Made by a program: the position numbers and the translations under genes. The notes under the pieces are model-generated. The model was not told where the DNA came from. It saw only the letters and a program-made list of their open reading frames with translations, and did no database searches. Of a stretch of DNA of 64,000 nucleotides, positions 1 through 11,169 are shown in pieces (position 1 is the stretch's first letter; each line of letters begins with the position of its first letter). This DNA is from Eledone cirrhosa (Eukaryota). The stretch covers positions 35,402,001-35,466,000 of the forward strand of contig OZ024749.1 in the NCBI GenBank assembly GCA_964016885.1. Direction: 5' to 3'.

Positions 1-1095
1 CATGTTATGTCCTTAAACATGTCACTTTATTTCACATTGTGTGGCTTAGTGGTTAGTTAGTTGTGAGTTCGATTCCTGGACTGGGTAGCATGTTATGTCC
101 TTAAACATGTCACTTTATTTCACATTGTGTGGCTTAGTGGTTAGTTAGTTGTGAGTTCGATTCCTGGACTGGGTAGCATGTTATGTCCTTAAACATGTCA
201 CTTTATTTCACATTGTGTGGCTTAGTGGTTAGTTAGTTGTGAGTTCGATTCCTGGACTGGGTAGCATGTTATGTCCTTAAACATGTCACTTTATTTCACA
301 TTGTGTGGCTTAGTGGTTAGTTAGTTGTGAGTTCGATTCCTGGACTGGGTAGCATGTTATGTCCTTAAACATGTCACTTTATTTCACATTGTGTGGCTTA
401 GTGGTTAGTTAGTTGTGAGTTCGATTCCTGGACTGGGTAGCATGTTATGTCCTTAAACATGTCACTTTATTTCACATTGTGTGGCTTAGTGGTTAGATAG
501 TTGTGAGTTCGATTCCTGGACTGGGTAGCATGTTATGTCCTTAAACATGTCACTTTATTTCACATTGTGTGGCTTAGTGGTTAGTTAGTTGTGAGTTCGA
601 TTCCTGGGCTGGGTAGCATGTTATGTCCTTAAACATGTCACTTTATTTCACATTGTGTGGCTTAGTGGTTAGTTAGTTGTGAGTTCGATTCCTGGACTGG
701 GTAGCATGTTATGTCCTTAAACATGTCACTTTATTTCACATTGTGTGGCTTAGTGGTTAGTTAGTTGTGAGTTCGATTCCTGGACTGGGTAGCATGTTAT
801 GTCCTTAAACATGTCACTTTATTTCACATTGTGTGGCTTAGTGGTTAGTTAGTTGTGAGTTTGATTCCTGGACTGGGTAGCATGTTATGTCCTTAAACAT
901 GTCACTTTATTTCACATTGTGTGGCTTAGTGGTTAGTTAGTTGTGAGTTTGATTCCTGGACTGGGTAGCATGTTATGTCCTTAAACATGTCACTTTATTT
1001 CACATTGTGTGGCTTAGTGGTTAGTTAGTTGTGAGTTCGATTCCTGGACTGGGTAGCATGTTATGTCCTTAAACATGTCACTTTATTTCACATTG
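1..1095 (+). repeat. 88-bp tandem array (~12.4 copies, runs off the window start) made of a tRNA-derived SINE head
   Basis: Unit CATGTTATGTCC...CTGGGTAG restarts at 89, 177 and so on. Each unit has an A-box-like TGGCTTAGTGG, a B-box GAGTTCGATTCC and a CORE-like GTCCTTAAACATGTCACTTTATTTCAC. Confidence 0.95.
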
Positions 1096-1260
1096 CTCCA
1101 GCCATCTCAGCTGGCAAAAAATGAGTTGTACCTGTAATTCAAAGATCCAGCTTTGTTACAGACTATGGCGTACTGATTCACCTTGTTTGTTATTTCACAG
1201 GCAAGCTGTGCTGTTGCTCAAATCAACTGGAACACTTGAAACTGACAGAGGTTCAATATA
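1007..1260 (+). mobile_element. tRNA-derived CORE-type SINE; the last array unit continues into the SINE body
   Basis: CACATTGCTCCAGCCATCTCAGCTGGCAAAAAATGAGTT...CAACTGGAACAC...GACAGAGG is homologous to the dispersed copy at 23580-23870. Confidence 0.8.
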
Positions 1261-1614
1261 CACCCACATACTGACACCCACAGCTATACACACACATACA
1301 TAGCCACACAACCTCCACACATATACATATGTAGCCAGTCACAGCTATACACACACACACACCGCCACACACACACACATAACACAGCCCCCCCCCCTCC
1401 CATCTACATACACAGTCTCCGCCCATATACACATTCAGCCACACATACACTCACACACATACAGCCTCCCACACATATACAGACCCCACCCAACATGCAA
1501 CCCCCTTTCACCCACATACACAGCTCTCTACCCCCCCAACCCACACACATTGCCTGCCATGCATATACACAGACCCCCACCAACATGCACACCCCTTCAC
1601 CCACATACACATCT

Positions 1615-1649
<35 letters not shown>

Positions 1650-1790
1650 TTGCCTGCCATGCATATACACAGACCCCACCAACATGCACACCCCTTCACC
1701 CACATACACAGCTCTCTACCCCCCCCCCACACACACATAACAACACACAGCTTCCCACCCATACACAGCTCTCTCTCCACACACACAGAA
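1260..1790. repeat. CA-rich degenerate minisatellite
   Basis: CAGACCCCACCAACATGCAC-CCCCTTCACCCACATACACAGCTCTCT recurs three times among (CA)n and (CT)n runs. Confidence 0.8.
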
Positions 1791-2755
1791 CCACAGAAAT
1801 ATTTTTACAAAATGCCCTTCACTTCATTAAGCACTAGCACTGATGAGATTATAGTATCCCTAGTTCTCTTGCCTTACCTAAATGAACAAGCTAAACTGTT
1901 CTTTTATACTTCAGGTTCTCAGTTTGGCACCAAATAATCAACTCCCGCTGGATAATGTTATTTTACCAGAATTTTCTGGTTGGATTATAATCTAAAATCA
2001 ATCAATTGTTTAAAACAGTCAGAAGGAAGTGATTATTCAGTGTACAGAAATAAACTGTTGTTATTGTTATTGTAACACTTTTTTTTATAGACACACAGAC
2101 AGGGGTCAATAGGTACAGCTGATATTGTTATTTTTACTAGTAGACCTGGTGCCCATCTGCCCTTGTCATGTTTGGTAAGAGTGTTGAATGTATTTAATTT
2201 TTGCCATATCATATTCATCAGGATTATTGGATATATGAACTAATCATGCATGCAATGTCACATAACTCCTGAGAGAGTTATGCAACATTGCAGGATATAA
2301 TTAGATTAATGTTAATCATTTATGTACAAATGACACACATGATTAAATGTATGGGAAACTTTGGAGAAATAACTATTTATAGGGATAAATGTAGGGTTAT
2401 AACCCAGGACTTTGTGATTGGAAAGTGAACTTCAAATTGTTGGAATATGATTAAGATAGGAACAGCATTGTGTGTATGCATGTATGTGTGTGTGTAAACT
2501 TTAAAGAGTAACAGACAGATATATAAATATACTCACAAACACCCACAGCATATTATTATGGTTGATAGAGAAAGGACTAATGCTTTTTCGATTAGATTAA
2601 CAATAAACCAACATAGTAGTAATGGTAAGCTAGTTTTTCTGAGGTCATTGACCTACAACAATATTGCTCACACAATATCAACCATAATAATACATCATAT
2701 GTATTTGTGAGTGTGTATATATATATATGTGTGTGTGTCTGTAACTCGCTAAAAT

Positions 2756-2933
2756 TTAACACTTTAGCATTTATACTGGCCGTATCCGGCCAGAATTCTC
2801 TAACCTCTTTCTGTCCAAACCAGCTGCAACTGGCCATATTTTTCTGAACTGAACAGAAAAAGATGGCCAGTTACAGCTGGTTTGAACAGAAAGAGGTGAG
2901 AGATTTCTGGCTGGATACAGCCAGTTTAAATGC

Positions 2934-2935
<2 letters not shown>
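2756..2935. mobile_element. Fold-back MITE, piggyBac-like end (TTAA-C[C/A]CTTTAGCATTTA)
   Basis: ~80-bp imperfect inverted arms (TAGCATTTA...GATACAGCCAGTTTAAATGCTA). The same arm occurs at 4880-5018 (ending AAGGGTTAA) and 40390-40540. Confidence 0.65.
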
Positions 2936-2976
<41 letters not shown>

Positions 2977-3167
2977 GTTATATGAGTAGTTTTTCTTAAT
3001 TTTCTCCTCTCATATCTTGATTATATCAAATCTATTACATTTCCAATAAGACTTCATTTACAAAATTTCTTCAATTATTTACATTTTTTTTCTTTCAAAA
3101 TCAAGAGAAAATATTTAAGTAATTAATATGAATAAATATTACTTCAACTTTCCATCACCAAGTTTTG

Positions 3168-3277
<110 letters not shown>

Positions 3278-3549
3278 AATCCTCTCCTTGCCATATTTCT
3301 AATATAAAAGAAACATTGCCTATGGTTTTCAAATAATTTTGAAAATAATCAAGAATTTGGAACAATTTAATAAAATAACTAACTCTCTTATTATTAAGCT
3401 GGTGTTTGAAGTATAATTAACAAAAATTCTCACATAAAATTATGATGGAATGTAATTAAGGATTAATTCAGATAAAATAATTAACTGTATATTCCAGTAT
3501 TTAGTTGTCTTAGTTAATAAAATTTAACGATTTTATTTTAAAAATGTCT

Positions 3550-3700
3550 ACCCCACTGTTAGTTATGTACTGAGTGGACTGGAGCAATGTGAAATAAAGT
3601 GTCTTGCCAAAGGAGAAAATGCACTGCCAAGAATCAAACTAGCCAGCTTACAATTGTGAGCCATTAAACGTTCTAACCACAAAGCCATGTGTCTTCATTC
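3550..3700 (-). mobile_element. CORE-type SINE fragment
   Basis: CTGGAGCAATGTGAAATAAAGTGTCTTGCC...GAATCAAACT...CTAACCACAAAGCCA is the reverse complement of the head and CORE. Confidence 0.75.
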
Positions 3701-3869
3701 TTTACTTTCTGTGGTATGTTCGATGTAAACATTGAAGCAAGTCTATTTTAGTGTCAGTCTAACAATTTCAGACTAATAATACAATTTGACTATTTGCTTC
3801 AAAGATAAGGCAGTATGTTTATTTCATTATCATTCTCCAGCTTCTTCAACATTGAAATAAACAGTAAAA

Positions 3870-3995
3870 GCATGTGGTGTAGTGGTGTAGTGGTGAACAT
3901 GCCTCACTTATGATTATAAGGACATAGGTTTCATTCTTGGAATGGGTGGCATGTTGTGTTCTTGAGCAAGACGCTTCATTTCATCCTGCTTTTCA
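3870..3995 (+). mobile_element. CORE-type SINE head
   Basis: TGGTGTAGTGG ... GGTTTCATTC ... TGTTGTGTTCTTGAGCAAGACGCTTCATTTCA. Confidence 0.7.
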
Positions 3996-4660
3996 TGATA
4001 CAACTGGGGCTCCTACTCTAAAAATTCATCTCAATAAACCTTCAATGAGATTTAACTTCGTAGGAGGCCAACTAAATTGAAATAGGAGTGAGGTGTAACA
4101 ACAACAGCAGATAGAACTGGGGCCCCAATCATTAAGATACCCAATAAACCTTCCATGAGATGCAACCTCATATGAGGCCAACTAAATCTAGATAGATGTG
4201 AGCTTCAACAACAACATAATAGTACTGGGGCCCCTATCATTAAAACACCCAATAAACCTCCTATGGGATACAACATAGTAGGAGGCCAACTAAATCTAGA
4301 TAGATGTGAGCTTCAACAACAACATGATAGTACTGGGGCCCCTATCATTAAAACACCCAATAAACCTCCTATGGGATACAACATAGTAGGAGGCCAACTA
4401 AATCTAGATAGATGTGAGCTTCAACAACAACATGATAGTACTGGGGCCCCTATCATTAAAACACCCAATAAACCTCCTATGAGATACAACCTCATATGAG
4501 GCCAACTAAATCTAGATAGATGTAAGCTTCAACAACAACATGATAGTACTGGGGCCCCTATCATTAAAATACCCAATAAATCTCTTATGAGATACAACCT
4601 TGTAGGAGGCCAGTTAAACTTACATAGGTGAGAACTGTAACAACAACATACATAACTACA
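3996..4660. repeat. 108-bp minisatellite, ~6 copies (central copies near-identical, outer copies diverged)
   Basis: ATGGGATACAACATAGTAGG at 4263 and 4371; the ORF track repeats the same 36-aa string. Confidence 0.9.
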
Positions 4661-4671
4661 CAACCTGTGAG

Positions 4672-4790
4672 AGCATCTATGGCTTAGTGGTTAAGTTGTT
4701 GGACTCATGATCAAATGATTGTGGGTCCAATTCCTGGATTGGGCAGCATGTTGTGTTCTTGAGCAAACCACTATATTTCATGCAGTTTTT
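4672..4790 (+). mobile_element. CORE-type SINE head
   Basis: TGGCTTAGTGGTTAAG...GGGTCCAATTCC...GTTGTGTTCTTGAGCAAACCACT. Confidence 0.75.
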
Positions 4791-4879
4791 CAAGATAATA
4801 TTTGCAACCTTATCATTAATCCTTCAGCATTCACATTATTCTATATTTACTATTATATTTTTATGGTATCTCATAACAT

Positions 4880-5018
4880 ATCTAATCTATGAGATTTTGA
4901 TATTTATTTTGAGCACAATACCTTAACATCAGTATGAGCAGCCGGTTACAGCCAGTTTGAACAGAGCGAGGTGAGGGAATTTTGGCTGGATACAGCCGGT
5001 TTAAATATTGAAGGGTTA
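4880..5018 (-). mobile_element. MITE arm, same family as 2756-2935
   Basis: GTTTGAACAGAGCGAGGTGAGGGAATTTTGGCTGGATACAGCCGGTTTAAATATTGAAGGGTTAA. Confidence 0.65.
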
Positions 5019-5541
5019 AAACACACAAGAAACCGCCAATGAGATTCAACCTTGTCATTAACAATAGGATATACAATGTATACTTTCATACAGTTATATA
5101 ATCCATCTTCCCTTTCTTTATCATATCTCTAATGAAATATATTGTATTTGAATTAATCAATGAAGAATTTGGAGGGATTTACTAAAATTGTTAAGTTCTT
5201 TGTTATTAAGATGGTGCTTTGTTATACTTAAAGCATTCTTATGTGGAAGGTTTTAATTTAAATAGGAACCCTTTAGAATGGGTGGTTTTGTTTCATAGAA
5301 TCATAGCCGGTACCATGACTCTCAAGTGAAGGAGGAGGAGGAGGAGGAGGAGGAGGAGGAGAAGAAGAAGAAGAAGAAGAAGAAGAAGAAGAAGAAGAAG
5401 AAGAAGAAGAAATTATGATTTTTATCCAGTAAAATTTGCGTATTAATTTACACACGTACACACAGGAGAGAGAGAGAGAGAGAGAGAAAGAGAGACAGAA
5501 AGAGAAATGATACACTAGAAGAGCTAATATGTGTTTGTGTG

Positions 5542-5572
<31 letters not shown>

Positions 5573-5573
5573 A

Positions 5574-5692
5574 ATAATTGTTTCTACTTTAGGCACAAGG
5601 CCAGCAAATACCCAGTGCATTACTGGTACTTTATTTTATCGACCTCGTAAGGATGAAAGGCTAAGTCAACCTCGGAACTTGAACTCAGAACT
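5574..5692 (-). mobile_element. SINE family 2 (GCCTTTCATCCTTACGGGGTCGATAAA domain), 5'-truncated
   Basis: AATTGTTTCTACTTTAGGCACAAGGCCAGC...AAGGATGAAAGGC...TTGAACTCAGAA. Confidence 0.9.
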
Positions 5693-5839
5693 GTTGTGTA
5701 TCATCATCATTTAACACCCGCTCACCCTAGAGTGTCTCTGTGTGTATGTAATGATGTGTGTGATTATATATATCGTAACAGATATGTGTATGTGTATGCT
5801 TGGTAGCAGGCATGTGTGCGTATGTGTATTGTAACATGC

Positions 5840-5904
<65 letters not shown>

Positions 5905-6032
5905 AAGTTATATTTAAAATTGTTGGGTTACAACTAGTAAATATTTATAACTGATATAAAAGCACTCGACAAATATTTGGAGTATATTTACAATATTAAA
6001 TAAATGGAAAACTATATTTATAAAACCATATT

Positions 6033-6098
6033 TATTTCATTATATATATTTCGGGGATATCATATTAACAATATGTTATGCCTTCATCAGACAAAATA
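6033..6098 (-). ncRNA. Type I hammerhead ribozyme motif (family A)
   Basis: Exact reverse complement of the motif at 6160-6225. Confidence 0.75.
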
Positions 6099-6159
6099 CA
6101 ATATAAACAGTTTTATAGATAAATATATTCTATATTTATCTATAAAACTGTTTATATTG

Positions 6160-6225
6160 TATTTTGTCTGATGAAGGCATAACATATTGTTAATATGATA
6201 TCCCCGAAATATATATAATGAAATA
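6160..6225 (+). ncRNA. Type I hammerhead ribozyme motif (family A)
   Basis: TATTTTGT-CTGATGA-AGGCATAACATATT/gtt/AATATGATATCCCC-GAAA-TATATA-TA^ATGAAATA. Stem I is 8 bp including 2 G.U; stem II pairs 11 of 14; stem III is palindromic. Confidence 0.75.
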
Positions 6226-6739
6226 AATATGGTTTTATAAATATAGTTTTCCATTTATTTAATATTGTATATATATATATATATATATATAGCAGCAGGC
6301 ATGTGTTTGTGTGTTTGTGTGGGTGTGTGGGTGGGTGGGGGTGTATAGCAGCAGGTATATGCGTGTATGTGTATGTGTGTATGTGTGTATGTGTGTACAT
6401 AGCGAGCGTGCATGTGTGTGTATTGTATCATGTATGTGTGTATGTATGTGTATATTAGCAGGTATGTACATGTGTGTGCGTCTGTAGTAGCATGCTTGTG
6501 TATGTGTATTGTAACAGGCATGTATATGTGTGTGTGTGTGTAGTAGCAAGTGTGTGTATGTGTATCATAGCATGTATGTGTATGTGTATGTGTAGTAGCA
6601 GGCAAGTGTGTATGTGTGTGTGTATCATAACAGGTTTGTGAATGTGAATGTGTAGTAGCAGGCGAGCGTGTATGTATGTGTGTATGTATGTGAATGTGTA
6701 GCAGCAGGTAAGTGTGTGTGTGTGTGTGTGTGTGTATGT

Positions 6740-8970
6740 GTTTGTGTATGTATGTATGTGTCACAAGAGTTATGTGTATGTGAATGTGTAGTAGCAGGCA
6801 TGTGTGTATGTATGTGTTTGTGTATGTATGTATGTGTCACAAGAGTTATGTGTATGTGAATGTGTAGTAGCAGGCATGTGTGTGTGTATGTGTTTGTGTA
6901 TGTATGTATGTATGTGTCACAAGAGTTATGTGTATGTGAATGTGTAGTAGCAGGCATGTGTGTATGTATGTGTTTGTGTATGTATGTATGTGTCACAAGA
7001 GTTATATGTATGTGAATGTGTAGTAGCAGGCATGTGTATATGTATGTGTTTGTGTATGTGTGTGTGTCACAAGAGTTATGTGTATGTGAATGTGCAGTAG
7101 CAGGCATGTGTGTATGTATGTATTTGTGTATGTATGTGTGTGTGTCACAAGAGTTATGTGTAGTAGCAGGCATGTGTGTATGTGTTTGTGTATGTATGTA
7201 TGTATGTATGTATGTATGTGTCACAAGAGTTATATGTATGTGAATGTGTAGTAGCAGGCATGTGTATATGTATGTGTTTGTGTATGTGTGTGTGTGTCAC
7301 AAGAGTTATGTGTATGTGAATGTGTAGTAGCAGGCATGTGTGTATGTATGTGTTTGTGTATGTATGTGTGTGTGTCACAAGAGTTATGTGTATGTGAATG
7401 TGTAGTAGCAGGCATGTGTGTATGTATGTGTTTGTGTATGTGTGTGTGTGTCACAAGAGTTATGTGTATGTGAATGTGTAGTAGCAGGCATGTGTGTATG
7501 TATGTGTTTGTGTATGTGTGTGTGTGTCACAAGAGTTATGTATGTGAATGTGTAGTAGCAGGCATGTGTGTATGTGTTTGTGTATGTATGTATGTATGTG
7601 TCACAAGAGTTATGTGTATGTGAATGTGTAGTAGCAGGCATGTGTGTATGTATGTGTGTATGTATGTGTTTGTGTATGTATGTATGTATGTGTCACAAGA
7701 GTTATGTGTATGTGAATGTGTAGTAGCAGGCATGTGTGTATGTATATGTGTGTGTATGTATGTATGTGTCACAAGAGTTATGTGTATGTGAATGTGTAGT
7801 AGCAGGCATGTGTATATGTATGTGTTTGTGTATGTATGTATGTGTCACAAGAGTTATATGTATGTGAATGTGTAGTAGCAGGCATGTGTATATGTATGTG
7901 TTTGTGTATGTGTGTGTGTGTCACAAGAGTTATGTGTATGTGAATGTGTAGTAGCAGGCATGTGTGTATGTATGTGTTTGTGTATGTATGTATGTGTCAC
8001 AAGAGTTATATGTATGTGAATGTGTAGTAGCAGGCATGTGTATATGTATGTGTTTGTGTATGTGTGTGTGTGTCACAAGAGTTATGTGTATGTGAATGTG
8101 TAGTAGCAGGCATGTGTGTATGTATGTGTTTGTGTATGTATGTATGTGTCACAAGAGTTATGTGTATGTGAATGTGTAGTAGCAGGCATGTGTGTATGTA
8201 TATGTGTGTGTATGTATGTATGTGTCACAAGAGTTATGTGTATGTGAATGTGTAGTAGCAGGCATGTGTATATGTAAGTGTTTGTGTATGTATGTATGTG
8301 TCACAAGAGTTATGTGTATGTGAATGTGTAGTAGCAGGGATGTGTGTATGTATATGTGTGTGTATGTATGTATGTGTCACAAGAGTTATGTGTATGTGAA
8401 TGTGTAGTAGCAGGCATGTGTATATGTATGTGTTTGTGTATGTGTGTGTGTGTCACAAGAGTTATGTGTATGTGAATGTGTAGTAGCAGGCATGTGTGTA
8501 TGTATGTGTTTGTGTATGTATGTATGTGTCACAAGAGTTATGTGTATGTGAATGTGTATTAGCAGGCATGTGTATATGTATGTGTTTGTGTATGTGTGTG
8601 TGTGTCACAAGAGTTATGTGTATGTGAATGTGTAGTAGCAGGCATGTGTGTATGTATGTGTTTGTGTATGTATGTATGTATGTGTCACAAGAGTTATGTG
8701 TATGTGAATGTGTAGTAGCAGGGATGTGTGTATGTATATGTGTGTGTATGTATGTATGTGTCACAAGAGTTATGTGTATGTGAATGTGTAGTAGCAGGCA
8801 TGTGTGTATGTGTTTGTGTATGTATGTATGTGTGTATGTGTCACAAGAGTTATGTGTATGTGAATGTGTAGTAGCAGGCATGTGTGTATGTATGTGTTTG
8901 TGTATGTGTCACAAGAGTTATGTGTATGAATGTGTAGTAGCAGGCATGTGTGTATGTATATTGTAACAGG
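6740..8970. repeat. ~76-bp satellite, ~29 copies, with a variable internal (TATG/TG)n segment
   Basis: GTCACAAGAGTTATGTGTATGTGAATGTGTAGTAGCAGGCATG recurs at 6760, 6836 and onward. Confidence 0.95.
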
Positions 8971-9383
8971 CATGTGTTTGTACAACAGCTAGCATGTATG
9001 TATGTGTATAGACGCAGCTGCTGTTTATACCATAATCAACCCTGATCCAGAAACGAAGATTTCCATTCATGACCATCCTGTCGTAATAAAGACGTATACC
9101 TGTACATCTCATGTCATCCAATATTTCTTTACTTAACGTAGTAATGTGGGATTACAGGGAGATTTCGCTGCTATTTCTAGCAGGTTTAGTAAATATACTG
9201 TGGCTCCTCCCTTCCAAATGGCTCGTGTGTGCGGTTATATTTGTATGTGTGCATATGTCAATGTGTGACAGTGTGTGTGTGTGTGTGTGTGTCAATGTGT
9301 GTGTCAGGTTGTGTATCACTGAGTGTGTGTGTGTGCTTAGTACTAGTAGTAGTAATAGTCGGGTTTACTTCATAGTAGTAGTG

Positions 9384-9415
<32 letters not shown>

Positions 9416-9659
9416 TTTAGTAGTAGTAGTAGTAGTAGTAGTAGGTGAGGGGGGTTGCTGTTAGCAAATATTACCTGAATGACAGTGTGTATATGTGTGT
9501 ATATGTGTGTGTATGTACAACAACGCATGTGCGTGTACAACACGTGTGTGAGTGGTGTACGACATAAGTGTGTACGACATATGGTTGTGTTTACATATGT
9601 ATGTGTACAACGTGTGCGCGTAACATGTGGGTGTATAGCATGGATATACGCCGCCCACA

Positions 9660-9812
9660 CCTATGTGTGTGTACATATATATACATGTATATGTATATAC
9701 ATATGTATGTACATATGTATGTACATGTATATGTATATACATATGTATGTACATATGTATGTACATATGTATGTACACACATGTATATACATATGTATGT
9801 ACATGCGCGAGT

Positions 9813-9847
<35 letters not shown>

Positions 9848-10230
9848 TACATGCGTGAGTACGTGTGTGTGTGTGTGAGTACATGTGTGAGTACGTGTGT
9901 GTGTGTGAGTACATGCGTGAGTACGTGTGTATGTGTACACACACACACACGTACTCACGCATGTACTCACACACACACACACACGTACTCACGCATGTAC
10001 TCACACACACACACGTACTCACACATGTACTCACACGCACACACACACGTACTCACACACACACACACACACACACATACACACACACACACTCACACAT
10101 GTACTCACACACACACACGTACTCACGCATGTACTCACACACACGTACTCACGCATGTACATACATAGGGGTGAGTTGAACACGTACACACATGTGAGTC
10201 GTGTGTGTGTGTGTGTGTACACACACACAA
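9660..10230. repeat. TG/CA compound repeat with an inversion point near 9936
   Basis: GAGTACATGCGTGAGTACGTGTGT units switch to their reverse complement ACACACGTACTCACGCATGTACTC. Confidence 0.85.
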
Positions 10231-10539
10231 CTCACAGCTATGTAGGTTTAGCTGGCCTTCTACAAGATTACATTTCTTAAGAGTTTTCCTGGTAGTTTTA
10301 ACGGTAGAGTAGGAACCAGCCCAACCATGAAAAGCGACGTGAAAGAAAGCGTGATGCTCAAGAATACAATATACTGCCCAGTACAGGACTCGAACCCACG
10401 ACCATACATATATTTGTGCTTGGGTTTTTACTACACTGCTTTTCTATTGACTCTAGATATGTTAGTATGGTCATCTTTATAATTTCTTTCTTAGTCTCGT
10501 AACGGTGATGAAAAAGCGCGATCAAATAATAATAATAAT

Positions 10540-10925
10540 AATAGTTTCTACTTTTGGCACAAGGCCAGCAAATACCCCAGTGTATTACTGGTGCTTTATT
10601 CTATCGACACCGTAAGGATGAAAGGCAAAGTTTACCTCGGCGGGATTTGAACTCAGAACGTAACGGGCCATAACTTCATGCTGCAAAGCATGGTGTCTGA
10701 CGCTCTACCGATACGGATGGTTTCTAATTTAGGCACAAGGCCAGCAATTTGAAGGAGAGAGGGGGGGGGGGAGTCAATTAAATCGACCCCTGTTCATTAC
10801 TGGTACTTTATTTTATCGACCCCGTAAGGATGAAAGGCAAAGCAAACATCGGTGGGATTTGAAATCAGAACGTAAAATGCCGTAACTATAAGCCGCGAAG
10901 CAGGGAGTCCGACGCTCTACCGACA
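10540..10925 (-). mobile_element. Two tandem SINE family 2 copies
   Basis: GTTTCTA...GGCACAAGGCCAGC...GGATTTGAA[C/A]TCAGAAC...GACGCTCTACCGA occurs twice. Confidence 0.9.
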
Positions 10926-11169
10926 TATGTACAGTATATATACTTAAGCCCCCCCCCCCCCCCCCCTATCCCAAAACAGTAATGGAAGCAGCTCTGCCAT
11001 ATGATCATATGTTCAATACCGTAACCACTAGGTCACACAAACTAGAGTATGTTGACTCTGTAGTAGTTGGTTTACCTGGTGGTGTTAGTGATGATGGCAG
11101 TGGTGGTGTAACGATAGATTTCTACCTGTTGATGAGATATTCCTGTAGTGATCGGCACAGACCACTTGT

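Larger units (their letters stand above)
5901..6269. mobile_element. (TA)n-flanked fold-back element, family A (Penelope-like pLTR remnant)
   Basis: Essentially perfect inverted arms 5989-~6126 and ~6132-6269 with a hammerhead motif in each arm; (TA)n on both sides. Confidence 0.8.

Noticed and set aside
1-1095. Tandem tRNA gene cluster
   Set aside because: No anticodon arm or acceptor stem; the units continue into SINE CORE sequence.
4263-4499. ORF with a 36-aa repeat
   Set aside because: By-product of the 108-bp period; neighbouring units contain stops.
6740-8970. CRISPR-like constant repeat with variable spacers
   Set aside because: The spacers are just length variants of TG/TATG repeats; no cas genes; eukaryotic context.
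9005-9225. Unique island with short ORFs on both strands
   Set aside because: No recognisable motif and no convincing pair of splice sites.
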